A DNA stretch of 56,399 nucleotides. It comes from Thermoproteota archaeon. Lineage in GTDB: Archaea > Korarchaeota > Korarchaeia > Korarchaeales > Korarchaeaceae. Below the pieces are notes generated by a model that saw only the letters and a list, made by a program, of their open reading frames with translations, was not told the origin of the DNA and ran no database searches. Positions 18,910 through 28,496 of this stretch are shown here, one piece after another; positions within the stretch are counted from its first letter, which is position 1; each line of letters begins with the position of its first letter. The translations under genes and the position numbers were made by a program. The stretch covers positions 1-56,399 of the forward strand of contig WALU01000038.1 of NCBI GenBank assembly GCA_015522685.1. Direction: 5' to 3'.

Positions 18910-19622
18910 AATTGAGAACCGTAGATTTCATACCTGCAGTAGTATTTCTGGTCGTGTCATCGTCTTTGCTCTTCGGTTTAAGAACAAATGATGTGCTGCT
19001 AGATGCCATATCATCCCAATCAATAGGGTTTGTAGCAGCACTTCTATTATCCTTATTTATACGAGGCAAACCTAAGGCAGAAAGAAGGCTTAATATTACG
19101 CTAGCTCAGTCCATCTTAATAGTATTCCTACTATCAGTGACTACCGCCTTACTTACGATATATAGGGTCGGAGTGCTTTCCAGAGAACCTAATATAGAAG
19201 TATCCCTAGCCATAATATTGGGATTAACGGCTTTTTCCTCTCAATTTTTTGGATGGGTATTTTTTTTTCAGTAGCAGAATGGTTTTTATTTCTCTTCTTT
19301 GTTGAGGAAGAGAGCATAAATTATTCTACTATACTGAGAATTAATTCAATTCCTTACTCAATATATATTATTACTATAGTGTTAGACCTCTTGACCTTGC
19401 CATATCAATCAATGCTTTTATCTACAAATAAAGTATCTAAATTTGTATGGTATAATACGAATATGGTAAGATATGGAAAATTAATAGAAAACCTGGTTAT
19501 ATCAGCATATTATTTAGTTCTCCGTAAGATAACAGAGACGGAAACAAGTAAAGTGGTCGTATGCTCAATACTCCCCTAGCTTGCTTGTAGGGCTGGTTAT
19601 TGTTCTTTTTACTAGCTTCTGA
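18873..19622 (+). pseudogene. Frameshifted multi-pass membrane protein (possibly Yip1-like)
   Basis: Overlapping ORFs join at a T9 tract (19260-19268); a second shift at CCCC (about 19573) restores a TM end, SLLVGLVIVLFTSF*. Confidence 0.55.
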
Positions 19623-19868
19623 ATTCACTAAATAGGATGGCCTCTTCGAAACACATATAGAGGAACACTACATATTCATGTGAAGCTAAGTATCTCTAGA
19701 ATGAATCCTCCCGTAGCAGTGCTAATATACTCTATGCCTCAACTTCCATCCATTTCCTCTATTCTTAATTCTCTCACATACTATAGAAAGTATTCAATGC
19801 TAAAACTCAGCTAGCTACCAAATGGAATGAAATTCGAGGTATAACACATTTAATCTCCTGATAAACTA

Positions 19869-19955
19869 TGCGGGGGGAGGGATTTGAACCCTCGCGGGCC
19901 TAATGCCCACCAGCTCCTAAGGCTGGCGCCTTGGACCTATCTCGGCCACCCCCGC
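19869..19955 (-). tRNA. tRNA-Leu(TAG)
   Basis: Anticodon arm CCAGC-CTTAGGA-GCTGG, long variable arm, A discriminator. Confidence 0.95.
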
Positions 19956-20003
19956 CTGCATGATGAACCAGCAAGGATATTTAATGATAATTATACATCA
20001 TAC

Positions 20004-20987
20004 CTAACTTAATATCCGCCTCACTAGCCTTGGGATATCTTTATGATTCCTCAACTCATGGAACCTGCCATCTCCAAGATTAGCTAAGGTTTTGCAGAAG
20101 GAGGCGCCTTTAGAGGATTTGCGCCTGCCTACATAAACTACATGGAGCTCTTTTATCTTAGATGCTACATGTCTTGGATCTTCACCAGCATTGTACTCTC
20201 CATCTGTTATAAGTATGAATCTAGGCTTTTTCATATATTTTGATTCTTCTAAGGCCAAATATAAACCATCTGCTATGTTTGTATATCCTAGAGGAACTAG
20301 ATCAACTATCTTTTCAACTACCTCTAAGGGCTCTCTACTCTCACAAGCTTTTTTTATGATAAAGGCTTCACTATTAAATCCTATAACGGAATATTTCCCT
20401 CTTCTAGCCTTATGCGAGATTATCGCTGCCATAGTAGCGGCACTCAGGATCTTATGCCCGGACATGGAGCCACTAGAATCTATCACCACTACTATAGAAT
20501 GGTCTCCCTTTCTCCTATCTAATCCTACTATATCCTCATAGGTGATCCCATCCAGCTTCCTACCACTATCCATAACCCTATAAACACTTTTCTCAACATC
20601 AAAGTCCATTCCGGGTTCATAAATGGAATCTGATATTCTATTTTCCGTTAAGTTTCCTCTGTACTTTCTTATCGCTGTGTTAATTATAGTCTTGGTTACG
20701 AACTGCCTAAACATTCTCCTAGCTCTCTTATTTAGCTTCCACCTAATCTGCCTATAGAGTTTCACTGCTTTCTCTGGATCCTTCTCTAATACTGAGATAA
20801 ATCTCGGTGTGAATGCACCTTCTGAGATGGCCTTAGCTACAATAAGCTGGCTATAATAAGAGATCCTCAGAAGAGCATCGACATTGCCTTCCATTAGGTA
20901 GTAGTTAGTTGCCTCCTTTAACTCCTTATAATCATTCATCGCGGGATCCTTCGAAAGTGGGATTTTTCTGCTCCATTCATTTGTCAT
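20004..20987 (-). CDS. VWA domain protein (CoxE-like MoxR partner)
   Basis: MIDAS motif IDSSGSM, YTNIADGL, LITDGEYN. Confidence 0.88.
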   Translation of the reverse strand: MTNEWSRKIPLSKDPAMNDYKELKEATNYYLMEGNVDALLRISYYSQLIVAKAISEGAFTPRFISVLEKDPEKAVKLYRQIRWKLNKRARRMFRQFVTKTIINTAIRKYRGNLTENRISDSIYEPGMDFDVEKSVYRVMDSGRKLDGITYEDIVGLDRRKGDHSIVVVIDSSGSMSGHKILSAATMAAIISHKARRGKYSVIGFNSEAFIIKKACESREPLEVVEKIVDLVPLGYTNIADGLYLALEESKYMKKPRFILITDGEYNAGEDPRHVASKIKELHVVYVGRRKSSKGASFCKTLANLGDGRFHELRNHKDIPRLVRRILS

Positions 20988-21010
20988 TGGAGCCTTAGGC
21001 GGCTCCTCAC

Positions 21011-21916
21011 TTACTGAAAATCCGAGCTTTCCTGTTCTCCCGATAGGATGAACTTGACAATTTCTCTTACTAAAGATTCCTTATCTACGCTTGAATCTCT
21101 ACTCTCTATTCTCTGGGGAAGTACCATTAGAGCGGCGTGATACCATCTCTCTTTGCCATCCTCTTCATTGATCATGCTTGATATCTTCGCTAGATCTATT
21201 GCTGACCTAATTGAGCCGCCCCTAGATAGGCTGGGGTGCTCTCTTGTCCTCCTTACTATATCTACACTTATTTGGGCAGTTCTAAGATCTAGCTTTGGTA
21301 TATGCTTTCTCACAATGCTAATTTCTTCATCTCGGCTTGGGTAGCTCAGCCTAACTAATACAAATCTATCCTTCAAGGCTTCTGATAACCTAAGAACACC
21401 TACGTCCTCCTCTGGATTCTGCGTTGCTATTATGAGAAATCCTCCCTTCGCTCTTATAGTCCCTAAGTGCGGTATATATATCAATCCCTCATCCATGATT
21501 GGGAGGAGGGCATTTTGAGCGGATTCAGGAAGTCTATTTAATTCATTAACGAAGAGAACGGATCCACTTGTAGCTGCTCTAGTTAGAGGACCGGGTACAA
21601 AGGCATCATCTATATATCCCCTTTTTAAGACAATGGGAGGGTCCCAGTATCCTATAAGCTTGCTTTCATTGAGCCTCTCATCTCCATCAACTCTTACAAA
21701 ATCCCTAGATAAATACTCAGCTAGTGACTTTGCTAGAAGAGTTTTCCCCACACCAACTGGTCCTTCAAGTAGTATGTGCTTCCCGCTCCTCACAGCTATA
21801 AGCATCTTAAGTAGCTCCTCTTTTCTCCCAACTATACCATGGTGCTGCCTTATCTCATCAACTTCATCCAAGATTCCTTTAACCAGCATGCATGTCCTAC
21901 CATTATCTAGCTGCAA
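21011..21916 (-). CDS. MoxR-family AAA+ ATPase
   Basis: Walker A GPVGVGKT, LFVNELNR, ATQNP, LSEALKDRF. Confidence 0.92.
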   Translation of the reverse strand: MQLDNGRTCMLVKGILDEVDEIRQHHGIVGRKEELLKMLIAVRSGKHILLEGPVGVGKTLLAKSLAEYLSRDFVRVDGDERLNESKLIGYWDPPIVLKRGYIDDAFVPGPLTRAATSGSVLFVNELNRLPESAQNALLPIMDEGLIYIPHLGTIRAKGGFLIIATQNPEEDVGVLRLSEALKDRFVLVRLSYPSRDEEISIVRKHIPKLDLRTAQISVDIVRRTREHPSLSRGGSIRSAIDLAKISSMINEEDGKERWYHAALMVLPQRIESRDSSVDKESLVREIVKFILSGEQESSDFQ

Positions 21917-21996
21917 TTACGAAATATTAAGTTAAGGTCCGCTTTTATATCGTATGCTATTTAATATTTTTATCTCTATGTACAAGATTATATAAG

Positions 21997-22593
21997 CTAT
22001 TTCAACCAGCTATCAATAAATTTACTGATTATGGCGAAAACATCTCCCGCATTTAATTTAGTAGTATCAAGAACTAAATGGAATGGAGAAAGATCCTTTC
22101 CCAGCTCAAAGCCATATATCTTCTTATATATAACAAATGTTTCTTCCTCCTTAAGCTTTACCATCCTTATGGCTTCTCCAAGACTTATTTTATTTCTCCT
22201 AGCCACTCTCATTGCCCTGACATTCAGATCTCCCTTCAAGAATATCTTAATGCAATCTCTAGGACCTAGCAGATAAGCCATTGTCCATGAGTCTAAAACA
22301 TACCTACCCTCCTTGGCCATTTCCATAAGCTTTCTGTCTACTTCCCTATCCAACTCAGGACTAGATAGCCTCTCTTCCATCGCTCTAGATGCTATTTTTC
22401 TCTCCCACCAACCCGGATCCATCAAACTCTCTTTCCCGCCTATTATTTCCTTTAATAAGTCTCCTCCAGAGACTACACCTAATTCATATCTTTTAGCTAA
22501 TCTCCTAGCTATTGTACTCTTGCCACTTCCAGTGAGCCCAGATAGGCATATGTTGAATCTCTTTTTAGTCAAAAAATTCACCTCATCGGGCAT
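21997..22593 (-). CDS. cmk: Archaeal cytidylate kinase
   Basis: SGLTGSGKST, SGGDLL, DREVD, YKKIYG, LVLDT. Confidence 0.88.
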   Translation of the reverse strand: MPDEVNFLTKKRFNICLSGLTGSGKSTIARRLAKRYELGVVSGGDLLKEIIGGKESLMDPGWWERKIASRAMEERLSSPELDREVDRKLMEMAKEGRYVLDSWTMAYLLGPRDCIKIFLKGDLNVRAMRVARRNKISLGEAIRMVKLKEEETFVIYKKIYGFELGKDLSPFHLVLDTTKLNAGDVFAIISKFIDSWLK

Positions 22594-23560
22594 TAATTAA
22601 TGGCCAAGTAATCTCATCTATCCTCCACTGTGGTTTTATGGATGAATTGTCTAGACTATCTGGCCCTCGAATTATATAAGAGAGTATCGCAGTCCAAGCA
22701 ATCATGGCGCCATTATCCCTAGAAAGTTCAGGAGAAGGTACTTTCAGCTCAGCCCTCCTTTCACTGCACATTACTCTGAATTTATCTCTTAATTTAGGAG
22801 ATGCTGCTACCCCTCCGACAAGCAGAAGTTCCTTCTTATTTGTTAAAGCAAGGGCTCTCTCAGATACCTCCACGATCATTGAAAATGCCACCTCCATGAA
22901 ACTCCAGACTACATCTTCCACCTTAATGCCCGATTTTATCCTCTTGATAGATTCCGTTAAGAGTCCGCTGAAGGAGAGATCCATTCCCTTCACAGTATAG
23001 GGGAGATCTATCCACCTACCCTCCATCCGATCCAGCTTAGGTCCTGCTGGGAAAGGCAATCCTATCTCTCTACCTAGTTTATCTTGGGCATTGCCTATAC
23101 CTATGTCCAATGTCTCACCAAGAACGGCGTACTTCCTCCCATTATGAGTTATAACTTGGGTATTTCCTCCAGAAACATATACAATAACTGGATCTTGACT
23201 TAAAGTCACCTTCCTTCCTATCTCTATATGCGCCAAGGGATGATTGACACCTACAAGAGGCTTTTTTAGTCGTATAGCTAAATTTCTAGCTATGAAAGCT
23301 CCTATAACAAGGGCTTGTCCTATACCAGGCCCTCTAGAATACCCTATAATCGATAGTTCTGAAGTAGGTATGTTTGCTTCCTTCAACGCTTCTTTAACAA
23401 CACTTAATGCTACATTAGAATGATGCTCTGCTAGATCATTGGGCTTCATCCCACCAGAGGGTGACTTATAAGAGTCAGAAGTATTGGCAAGTATCTCCCC
23501 TCTACTATTCACGATCCCAACGCCGAATGTGTGGGCTGTTGATTCTATTCCTAAGGCTAT
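22583..23560 (-). CDS. kae1: KEOPS tRNA t6A threonylcarbamoyltransferase Kae1 (start uncertain)
   Basis: The frame extends upstream of the ORF call to IALGIESTAHTFGVGIV; GPG, VNHPLAHIE, VSGGNT, GETLD, DNGAMIAW. Confidence 0.93.
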   Translation of the reverse strand: MALGIESTAHTFGVGIVNSRGEILANTSDSYKSPSGGMKPNDLAEHHSNVALSVVKEALKEANIPTSELSIIGYSRGPGIGQALVIGAFIARNLAIRLKKPLVGVNHPLAHIEIGRKVTLSQDPVIVYVSGGNTQVITHNGRKYAVLGETLDIGIGNAQDKLGREIGLPFPAGPKLDRMEGRWIDLPYTVKGMDLSFSGLLTESIKRIKSGIKVEDVVWSFMEVAFSMIVEVSERALALTNKKELLLVGGVAASPKLRDKFRVMCSERRAELKVPSPELSRDNGAMIAWTAILSYIIRGPDSLDNSSIKPQWRIDEITWPLINAR

Positions 23561-24186
23561 GAGCTCGCTATCTTCTTGTATTCTCTCATTATGCGTATGA
23601 ATAGAACATCCCCCTCCCTTACAAGTTTAGGTCTACCGGATGTTAGATCTATGATAGTTGAGGGCTTACTTGGGGGTAGCACTCCATAATCAAGCACCAG
23701 ATCTATATCCCTTAATTCCCTAATTGCATCTCTAGGATCTCTCTTCGGAGGAGACCCCGATTTGTTTGCACTGGTGGACGTAATGGCCCTTCCAAATGAC
23801 TCAATTAGGTCCAGAATCATGGGTAAATTGGGTATTCTGATTCCTATTGCTCGGGGATTAACTATATCAGGTACTCTAACTGTTTTGGGGAATATCAATG
23901 TTACCTTGCCTGGTAGGAATCTCTCCATAAGCTGCCTGCCTATCTCGTCTATCATAGCATATTTTTCTGCCATTTCAATATTGGAGACTGCTATCGTTAG
24001 AGGATTACCTAAGCTCCTCCTCTTTATCTTATAAACTCTTCTAACAGCATCTTCATTCTCTACATCTGCTCCCAAGCCATATACTGTATCAGTTGGATAT
24101 ACGACAAGTCCTCCCAATAACCATACCTCAATTACTTGGCTTCTACAAGCCTCATCGCATCCCAACGCTACATTTAGCCATATCAC
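23557..24186 (-). CDS. tsaC: L-threonylcarbamoyladenylate synthase, short TsaC/YrdC type
   Basis: YPTDTVYGLG, KRR..NPL, STSANKSG, PSTIID; no SUA5 C-terminal domain. Confidence 0.93.
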   Translation of the reverse strand: MIWLNVALGCDEACRSQVIEVWLLGGLVVYPTDTVYGLGADVENEDAVRRVYKIKRRSLGNPLTIAVSNIEMAEKYAMIDEIGRQLMERFLPGKVTLIFPKTVRVPDIVNPRAIGIRIPNLPMILDLIESFGRAITSTSANKSGSPPKRDPRDAIRELRDIDLVLDYGVLPPSKPSTIIDLTSGRPKLVREGDVLFIRIMREYKKIASS

Positions 24187-24243
24187 AGGAGTGAATGGAT
24201 AAACTGTTTAATAAACATACTATCAAATCTTATGGAGATCTAA

Positions 24244-25149
24244 ATGGATGGTGAGGAAATTGAGGCCTATATAAAGCTTGGAGAATATCATTCCTCCATT
24301 TTGAACGGCTTCGCTAGAAGTATAAAGAGCAATGTAAAGGTTGCCGATCTAGTTGAAAGATCAGAGGAAAGCATAAAAGAAGGAGGATATGAACTGGCCT
24401 TTCCAACAAATCTTTCCATAAACGAGATCGCAGCGCATTACACTGCTTATCCAGGGGATGAAACTATCATACCAGAGAATGGAGTCATCAAGCTTGATAT
24501 GGGATCACATCTAAAAGGTATGATAGTAGATGCAGCTAGATCCATTGCTCTTGGTGAGAAATATGAAGAAATGGTTCATGTAGCGAAAGATGCATTGGAT
24601 AGCGCTGTGGAAATGATGATTCCTGGGAAGAAAATTAGAGATGTAAGTGAAGCAATCTATAATACAATCGTGTCAGCTGGCTATAAGCCAATTCAGAACC
24701 TTACAGGTCATAAGATAGAGATCTATAAGCTTCATGCCGGTATTGATGTACCTAGCATTCTGGTAGGAGGAGGATATAAGCTGAAGAAGGGAGATATATT
24801 TGCAATAGAGCCATTTGTTACTTCCCCAGAAGCTAAAGGATATGTAATTCCGGCAGGGGAACCTCTAATTTTCTCCTTCGGAAAAAAGGCGAGAACTAGA
24901 GATGAGATGGAGAGAAGGGTCATTAAACTGATAGAAAAGAAGTATAGCAGACTTCCTTTCTGTGAAAGATGGATTGCTAGGGATCTGGGTTATAGAGTGA
25001 ACCACATTCTCCTCAGACTCACCGAAAAGAAGGCTCTGATACAATATCCACCATTAGTGGAGGTAACTCGAAAGATTGTTGCTCAGTATGAGGACACTGT
25101 TCTAATAACATCGAATGGTCCCATTAGACTTACTGGTGGCACTCCATGA
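24244..25149 (+). CDS. map: Methionine aminopeptidase type II
   Basis: AFPTNLSINEIAAHYT, KLDMG, NLTGH, LHAG, AIEPF, QYEDT. Confidence 0.96.
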   Translation: MDGEEIEAYIKLGEYHSSILNGFARSIKSNVKVADLVERSEESIKEGGYELAFPTNLSINEIAAHYTAYPGDETIIPENGVIKLDMGSHLKGMIVDAARSIALGEKYEEMVHVAKDALDSAVEMMIPGKKIRDVSEAIYNTIVSAGYKPIQNLTGHKIEIYKLHAGIDVPSILVGGGYKLKKGDIFAIEPFVTSPEAKGYVIPAGEPLIFSFGKKARTRDEMERRVIKLIEKKYSRLPFCERWIARDLGYRVNHILLRLTEKKALIQYPPLVEVTRKIVAQYEDTVLITSNGPIRLTGGTP

Positions 25150-25556
25150 GAAAAAAAGCAAAAGGAACAAAAGCGGAGAGGGATCTGCTTGATACTCTAT
25201 GGACATATGGAGTAGCAGCAGTAAGAGTAGCAGGGAGTGGGTCAACAAGTCATCCATCAAGCGACATAATAGCTAGCTATAAGGGAAAATTAGCAATTAT
25301 AGAAGTGAAAACAACATCAAAGGAGGTAGTCTATGTTCCTCAGGATGAGGTAAGCTCCATGATGAAGCTTGCATTGATAATGGGAGGAAATTGCTGGTTA
25401 GCAATCAAGTTCTCATCTGATAGAGGTAAATTTTACCTAGTAAGGATAAATGACGCAAGAAGACTCAAATCCGGTTCCGTAGCAGTGGACTTGGATCTTG
25501 CTAGATCTAAAGGATTTTCAGTAAAGAACTTCGCTGAAGGACTTATTATGGCCTAA
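25146..25556 (+). CDS. hjc: Holliday junction resolvase Hjc
   Basis: KGTKAERDL, VRVAGSG, SDIIA, IIEVK. Confidence 0.93.
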   Translation: MRKKAKGTKAERDLLDTLWTYGVAAVRVAGSGSTSHPSSDIIASYKGKLAIIEVKTTSKEVVYVPQDEVSSMMKLALIMGGNCWLAIKFSSDRGKFYLVRINDARRLKSGSVAVDLDLARSKGFSVKNFAEGLIMA

Positions 25557-26637
25557 ACCACGTCATTTTATAGCTAATGACGTGGCTATCCGATATTAAT
25601 GAAGCGACTAAGTCCTTCCTCACAGAGGTAGCTACCCTTCCAGATCTTATGAGATCTACGGGTCTTATCTTGTCCTTAATAGATCCTGTGAGGCATATAT
25701 ATGGAGCATGCTCCAGACCAGGGCCCTTCTCATAGATTAAGTAATCAGCTCCATACTTTGAGCCAGCTTTTGGTACATATCCAAGGTCTCTCCAATATCG
25801 ATAAATAATCTCCTTGATCTCAGATTTATCTCTAAAAGAGGAGAATATTCCACGGAGTTTCTCAAGATCTAACTTCCTCCCTCTATAGTCTTTGACAATG
25901 AGCTTTCCTCTTGAGGATAGGTAAAGAGCTTCTATCAATGGTAACTGTAAAGGAGCCTCATATAACTTGAATGGTTCTGGCTTATCTATCCCTAGAGGAT
26001 GCCCCCAGAATCCCTTCAAGTAGGCCTTTCCTCCATTCTTATCAAATACTATTATCCTATCACCTACCATAATTCCTGTAAGAGTTGGTATTTCATCTAA
26101 ATTAGTCAAACTGGTATCTCTCTTACTGGGAATAAAATTCTGGGCTCTGTAATATGTCACATTCAACTCATCATCTACAACTGCTAAAATAACCCTCTTT
26201 CTAAGCTTAGCAGCCTTCTCCACAATATTTAGGATATATTTATGAGGAATAGGCTGGTCCTCAGATAGCGTGAGGACTAGGTCCTTGGAGGCTGATTCTC
26301 CTATCTTAGCTCCCTTGGGATACAATCTAAGGAAGTCTGTGGCTCTCTCATACACTATTACTCTATCCTTCTTCCTAAGGTCACTATAAACGATATACTT
26401 CAGGAAACCTGTGGAATCGCTAACAAAGAGCTTTAAAAGATCCTCAAATAGCGCAGGTTTTCCTTCTTGATCGAAGACTTCTATCCTTCCACTCCAAACT
26501 AGATAAGCAGCTTCTAACGGATGTAGCTCAAGCCTCGTGTTAAGGAGTTCGCCATATCCCTGCCTGTATAACTTATTTGGATACTCCTTTCCTTCTATGT
26601 ATATAAAATCCTTCCTTAGAATTCCTCTGATTGTCAT
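25546..26637 (-). CDS. endA: tRNA-splicing endonuclease, fused structural and catalytic units (alpha2 type)
   Basis: Two EndA repeats; catalytic KYGADYLIYEKGPGLEHAPY and GRVATSVRK. Confidence 0.93.
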   Translation of the reverse strand: MTIRGILRKDFIYIEGKEYPNKLYRQGYGELLNTRLELHPLEAAYLVWSGRIEVFDQEGKPALFEDLLKLFVSDSTGFLKYIVYSDLRKKDRVIVYERATDFLRLYPKGAKIGESASKDLVLTLSEDQPIPHKYILNIVEKAAKLRKRVILAVVDDELNVTYYRAQNFIPSKRDTSLTNLDEIPTLTGIMVGDRIIVFDKNGGKAYLKGFWGHPLGIDKPEPFKLYEAPLQLPLIEALYLSSRGKLIVKDYRGRKLDLEKLRGIFSSFRDKSEIKEIIYRYWRDLGYVPKAGSKYGADYLIYEKGPGLEHAPYICLTGSIKDKIRPVDLIRSGRVATSVRKDLVASLISDSHVISYKMTWFRP

Positions 26638-26656
26638 TGGGGATCCCTTTTTTACG

Positions 26657-27592
26657 TCATAGCATAACCTTATTCTCTAAGCCGATGAAGAGGGACATCA
26701 TGACATCCTTTGCAAATTTGTATCCTATATCCAGATCCTCGCCGCTCTTAACGTGGTTCACAAAATAGGATAACTCTCTCTGAAGGGGTTCGCTTTTCCT
26801 TATCCTTGGTTGCTCAACTCTATCCGCCAACTCCAATCTGACTATCTGCTCGGGATAGTTGATTATAAGGCTACCTTCATCTCCCATAAATAGAGCTTCT
26901 CTAATGCCGGATGGTGTTAGCCAGTTGGTCTCTATGGTAGAAATGACTCTATTTGGGTAGTGAGAAAGAAATATGGCTAGATCTTCCTCACTGCTATTCT
27001 CTAGAAGTTTTGCTGTATAAGAAGCAATCTTCAAAGGTTTACCACCCATAATATAATGCTGTATATACATTTCATGAACAGCGAGATCGAGAGATACCCC
27101 TATTTTCCACCCCACTGACTTCTTAGGGAGACGACCTACCCTCCTAGACCATATAGATAGTAGATTGCCTACGTCACCTTTATCTAAGAGATCTTTGAGA
27201 ACCTTAACAGCTGGATTGAATATTTCAATGAAACCGGGCATGAAGATGCCACTGCTTTTCTTTATAACAACCTCTAAACTTTCTAATTCTTCTTTACTGG
27301 TTACTACTGGCTTCTCCACCAAAACAGATGATCCAGCCATCATTGCTTCCTTAGCAGCTTGATAGAGATGTTGGGGGGTAACCGCTATACTTACTGCATC
27401 AAGGGATTCTTTACGGATCATCTCTTCTATCGATGTGTAGTAGTTCACATGGTAGATCTCAGCCAATTTCCTAGCTGCATCCTCTCTTACATCCATAACT
27501 GCTGTGAGCTCAGCCTCCCTCGCCATCCTGTAGACTCTGGCATGAGCCGACCCGAACCATCCACATCCAATAACCCCTACTCTGACAGTCAA
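26657..27592 (-). CDS. Gfo/Idh/MocA oxidoreductase (possible UDP-GlcNAc dehydrogenase)
   Basis: GVIGCGWFG, LVEKP, DLAVHE. Confidence 0.88.
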   Translation of the reverse strand: MTVRVGVIGCGWFGSAHARVYRMAREAELTAVMDVREDAARKLAEIYHVNYYTSIEEMIRKESLDAVSIAVTPQHLYQAAKEAMMAGSSVLVEKPVVTSKEELESLEVVIKKSSGIFMPGFIEIFNPAVKVLKDLLDKGDVGNLLSIWSRRVGRLPKKSVGWKIGVSLDLAVHEMYIQHYIMGGKPLKIASYTAKLLENSSEEDLAIFLSHYPNRVISTIETNWLTPSGIREALFMGDEGSLIINYPEQIVRLELADRVEQPRIRKSEPLQRELSYFVNHVKSGEDLDIGYKFAKDVMMSLFIGLENKVML

Positions 27593-27647
27593 GTTTATCC
27601 CAATAGATATATTTCTTAGCCCATAAAAAGGGTCCGGTTGGTACTAT

Positions 27648-28496
27648 ATGATCAGGAGCGACAAGCTACCGAGTTTCATTCAGCTCTTTCGGCCAAAGAA
27701 TGCACTGATGTCCATCCTAGGAGTATTAGTTGGATGGATAAGCATCTCTAAGGGCATATCTACTAATTTAATTTTAGCATGTTCAGTGCCGCCCTTAATA
27801 CTTATGGCTGGTAATGCAATCAACGACTATTTTGATGCTCCAATAGATGCTATAAACAAGCCCAATAGACCAATTCCGTCTGGCAAGATATCTAGGCGAG
27901 AAGCCTTTGTTTCATACATAGCTCTATCTCTCATAGGAATAGTTGCGAGCATTCCTCTTGGGATAATAGAACTTATAATAGCTTCGTTTTTTGCAGTTTC
28001 ATGGTATACCTATGCAAGATGGCTGAAAGCTATGGGCTTAGTAGGAAATTTATTGGTCAGCTTAGGAGTGGCATTTACCCTCATTTTCGGATCATTAGCA
28101 GCGGGCAGCTTATCATTGAAGATCATAGTATTCTCCTCGATGGCATTCGCATCAAATCTAGCTAGGGAAGTCGTTAAAACGATTGAAGATATGAGAGGAG
28201 ATGCAGCCTATGGACTAAGGACTGTAGCAATAAGACTTGGTTCGAGAAAGTCAGGGTTATTTGCTGCATTACTCTCGGTGCTATCAAGCTTCCTTACAAT
28301 AATCCCCCTAATACTTATGGCAACTGGATGGGTTTACTTAATGCTAACCGTACTGATATCGGCCCCATTACTCATCTATTCAGCATATCTCTCCTTCAAA
28401 ATAAAAAGCAAGGAAAATGCTAGAAAGGTTAGTGATTTCCTGAAGATATCAATGTTCTTGGGGATTCTAGGGATGCTTTTAGATCCTATTATCTAA
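27648..28496 (+). CDS. Digeranylgeranylglyceryl phosphate synthase (UbiA family)
   Basis: GNAINDYFD..IDAINKPNRPIPSG and REVVKTIEDMRGD. Confidence 0.92.
   Translation: MIRSDKLPSFIQLFRPKNALMSILGVLVGWISISKGISTNLILACSVPPLILMAGNAINDYFDAPIDAINKPNRPIPSGKISRREAFVSYIALSLIGIVASIPLGIIELIIASFFAVSWYTYARWLKAMGLVGNLLVSLGVAFTLIFGSLAAGSLSLKIIVFSSMAFASNLAREVVKTIEDMRGDAAYGLRTVAIRLGSRKSGLFAALLSVLSSFLTIIPLILMATGWVYLMLTVLISAPLLIYSAYLSFKIKSKENARKVSDFLKISMFLGILGMLLDPII

Noticed and set aside
17735-19955. Integrated element with att direct repeats at tRNA-Gly or tRNA-Leu
   Set aside because: No duplicated tRNA 3' end and no integrase found by eye.
19956-20003. ATGATGA C-box-like motif
   Set aside because: No downstream CTGA at suitable spacing; the region is the tRNA-Leu promoter/leader on the other strand.
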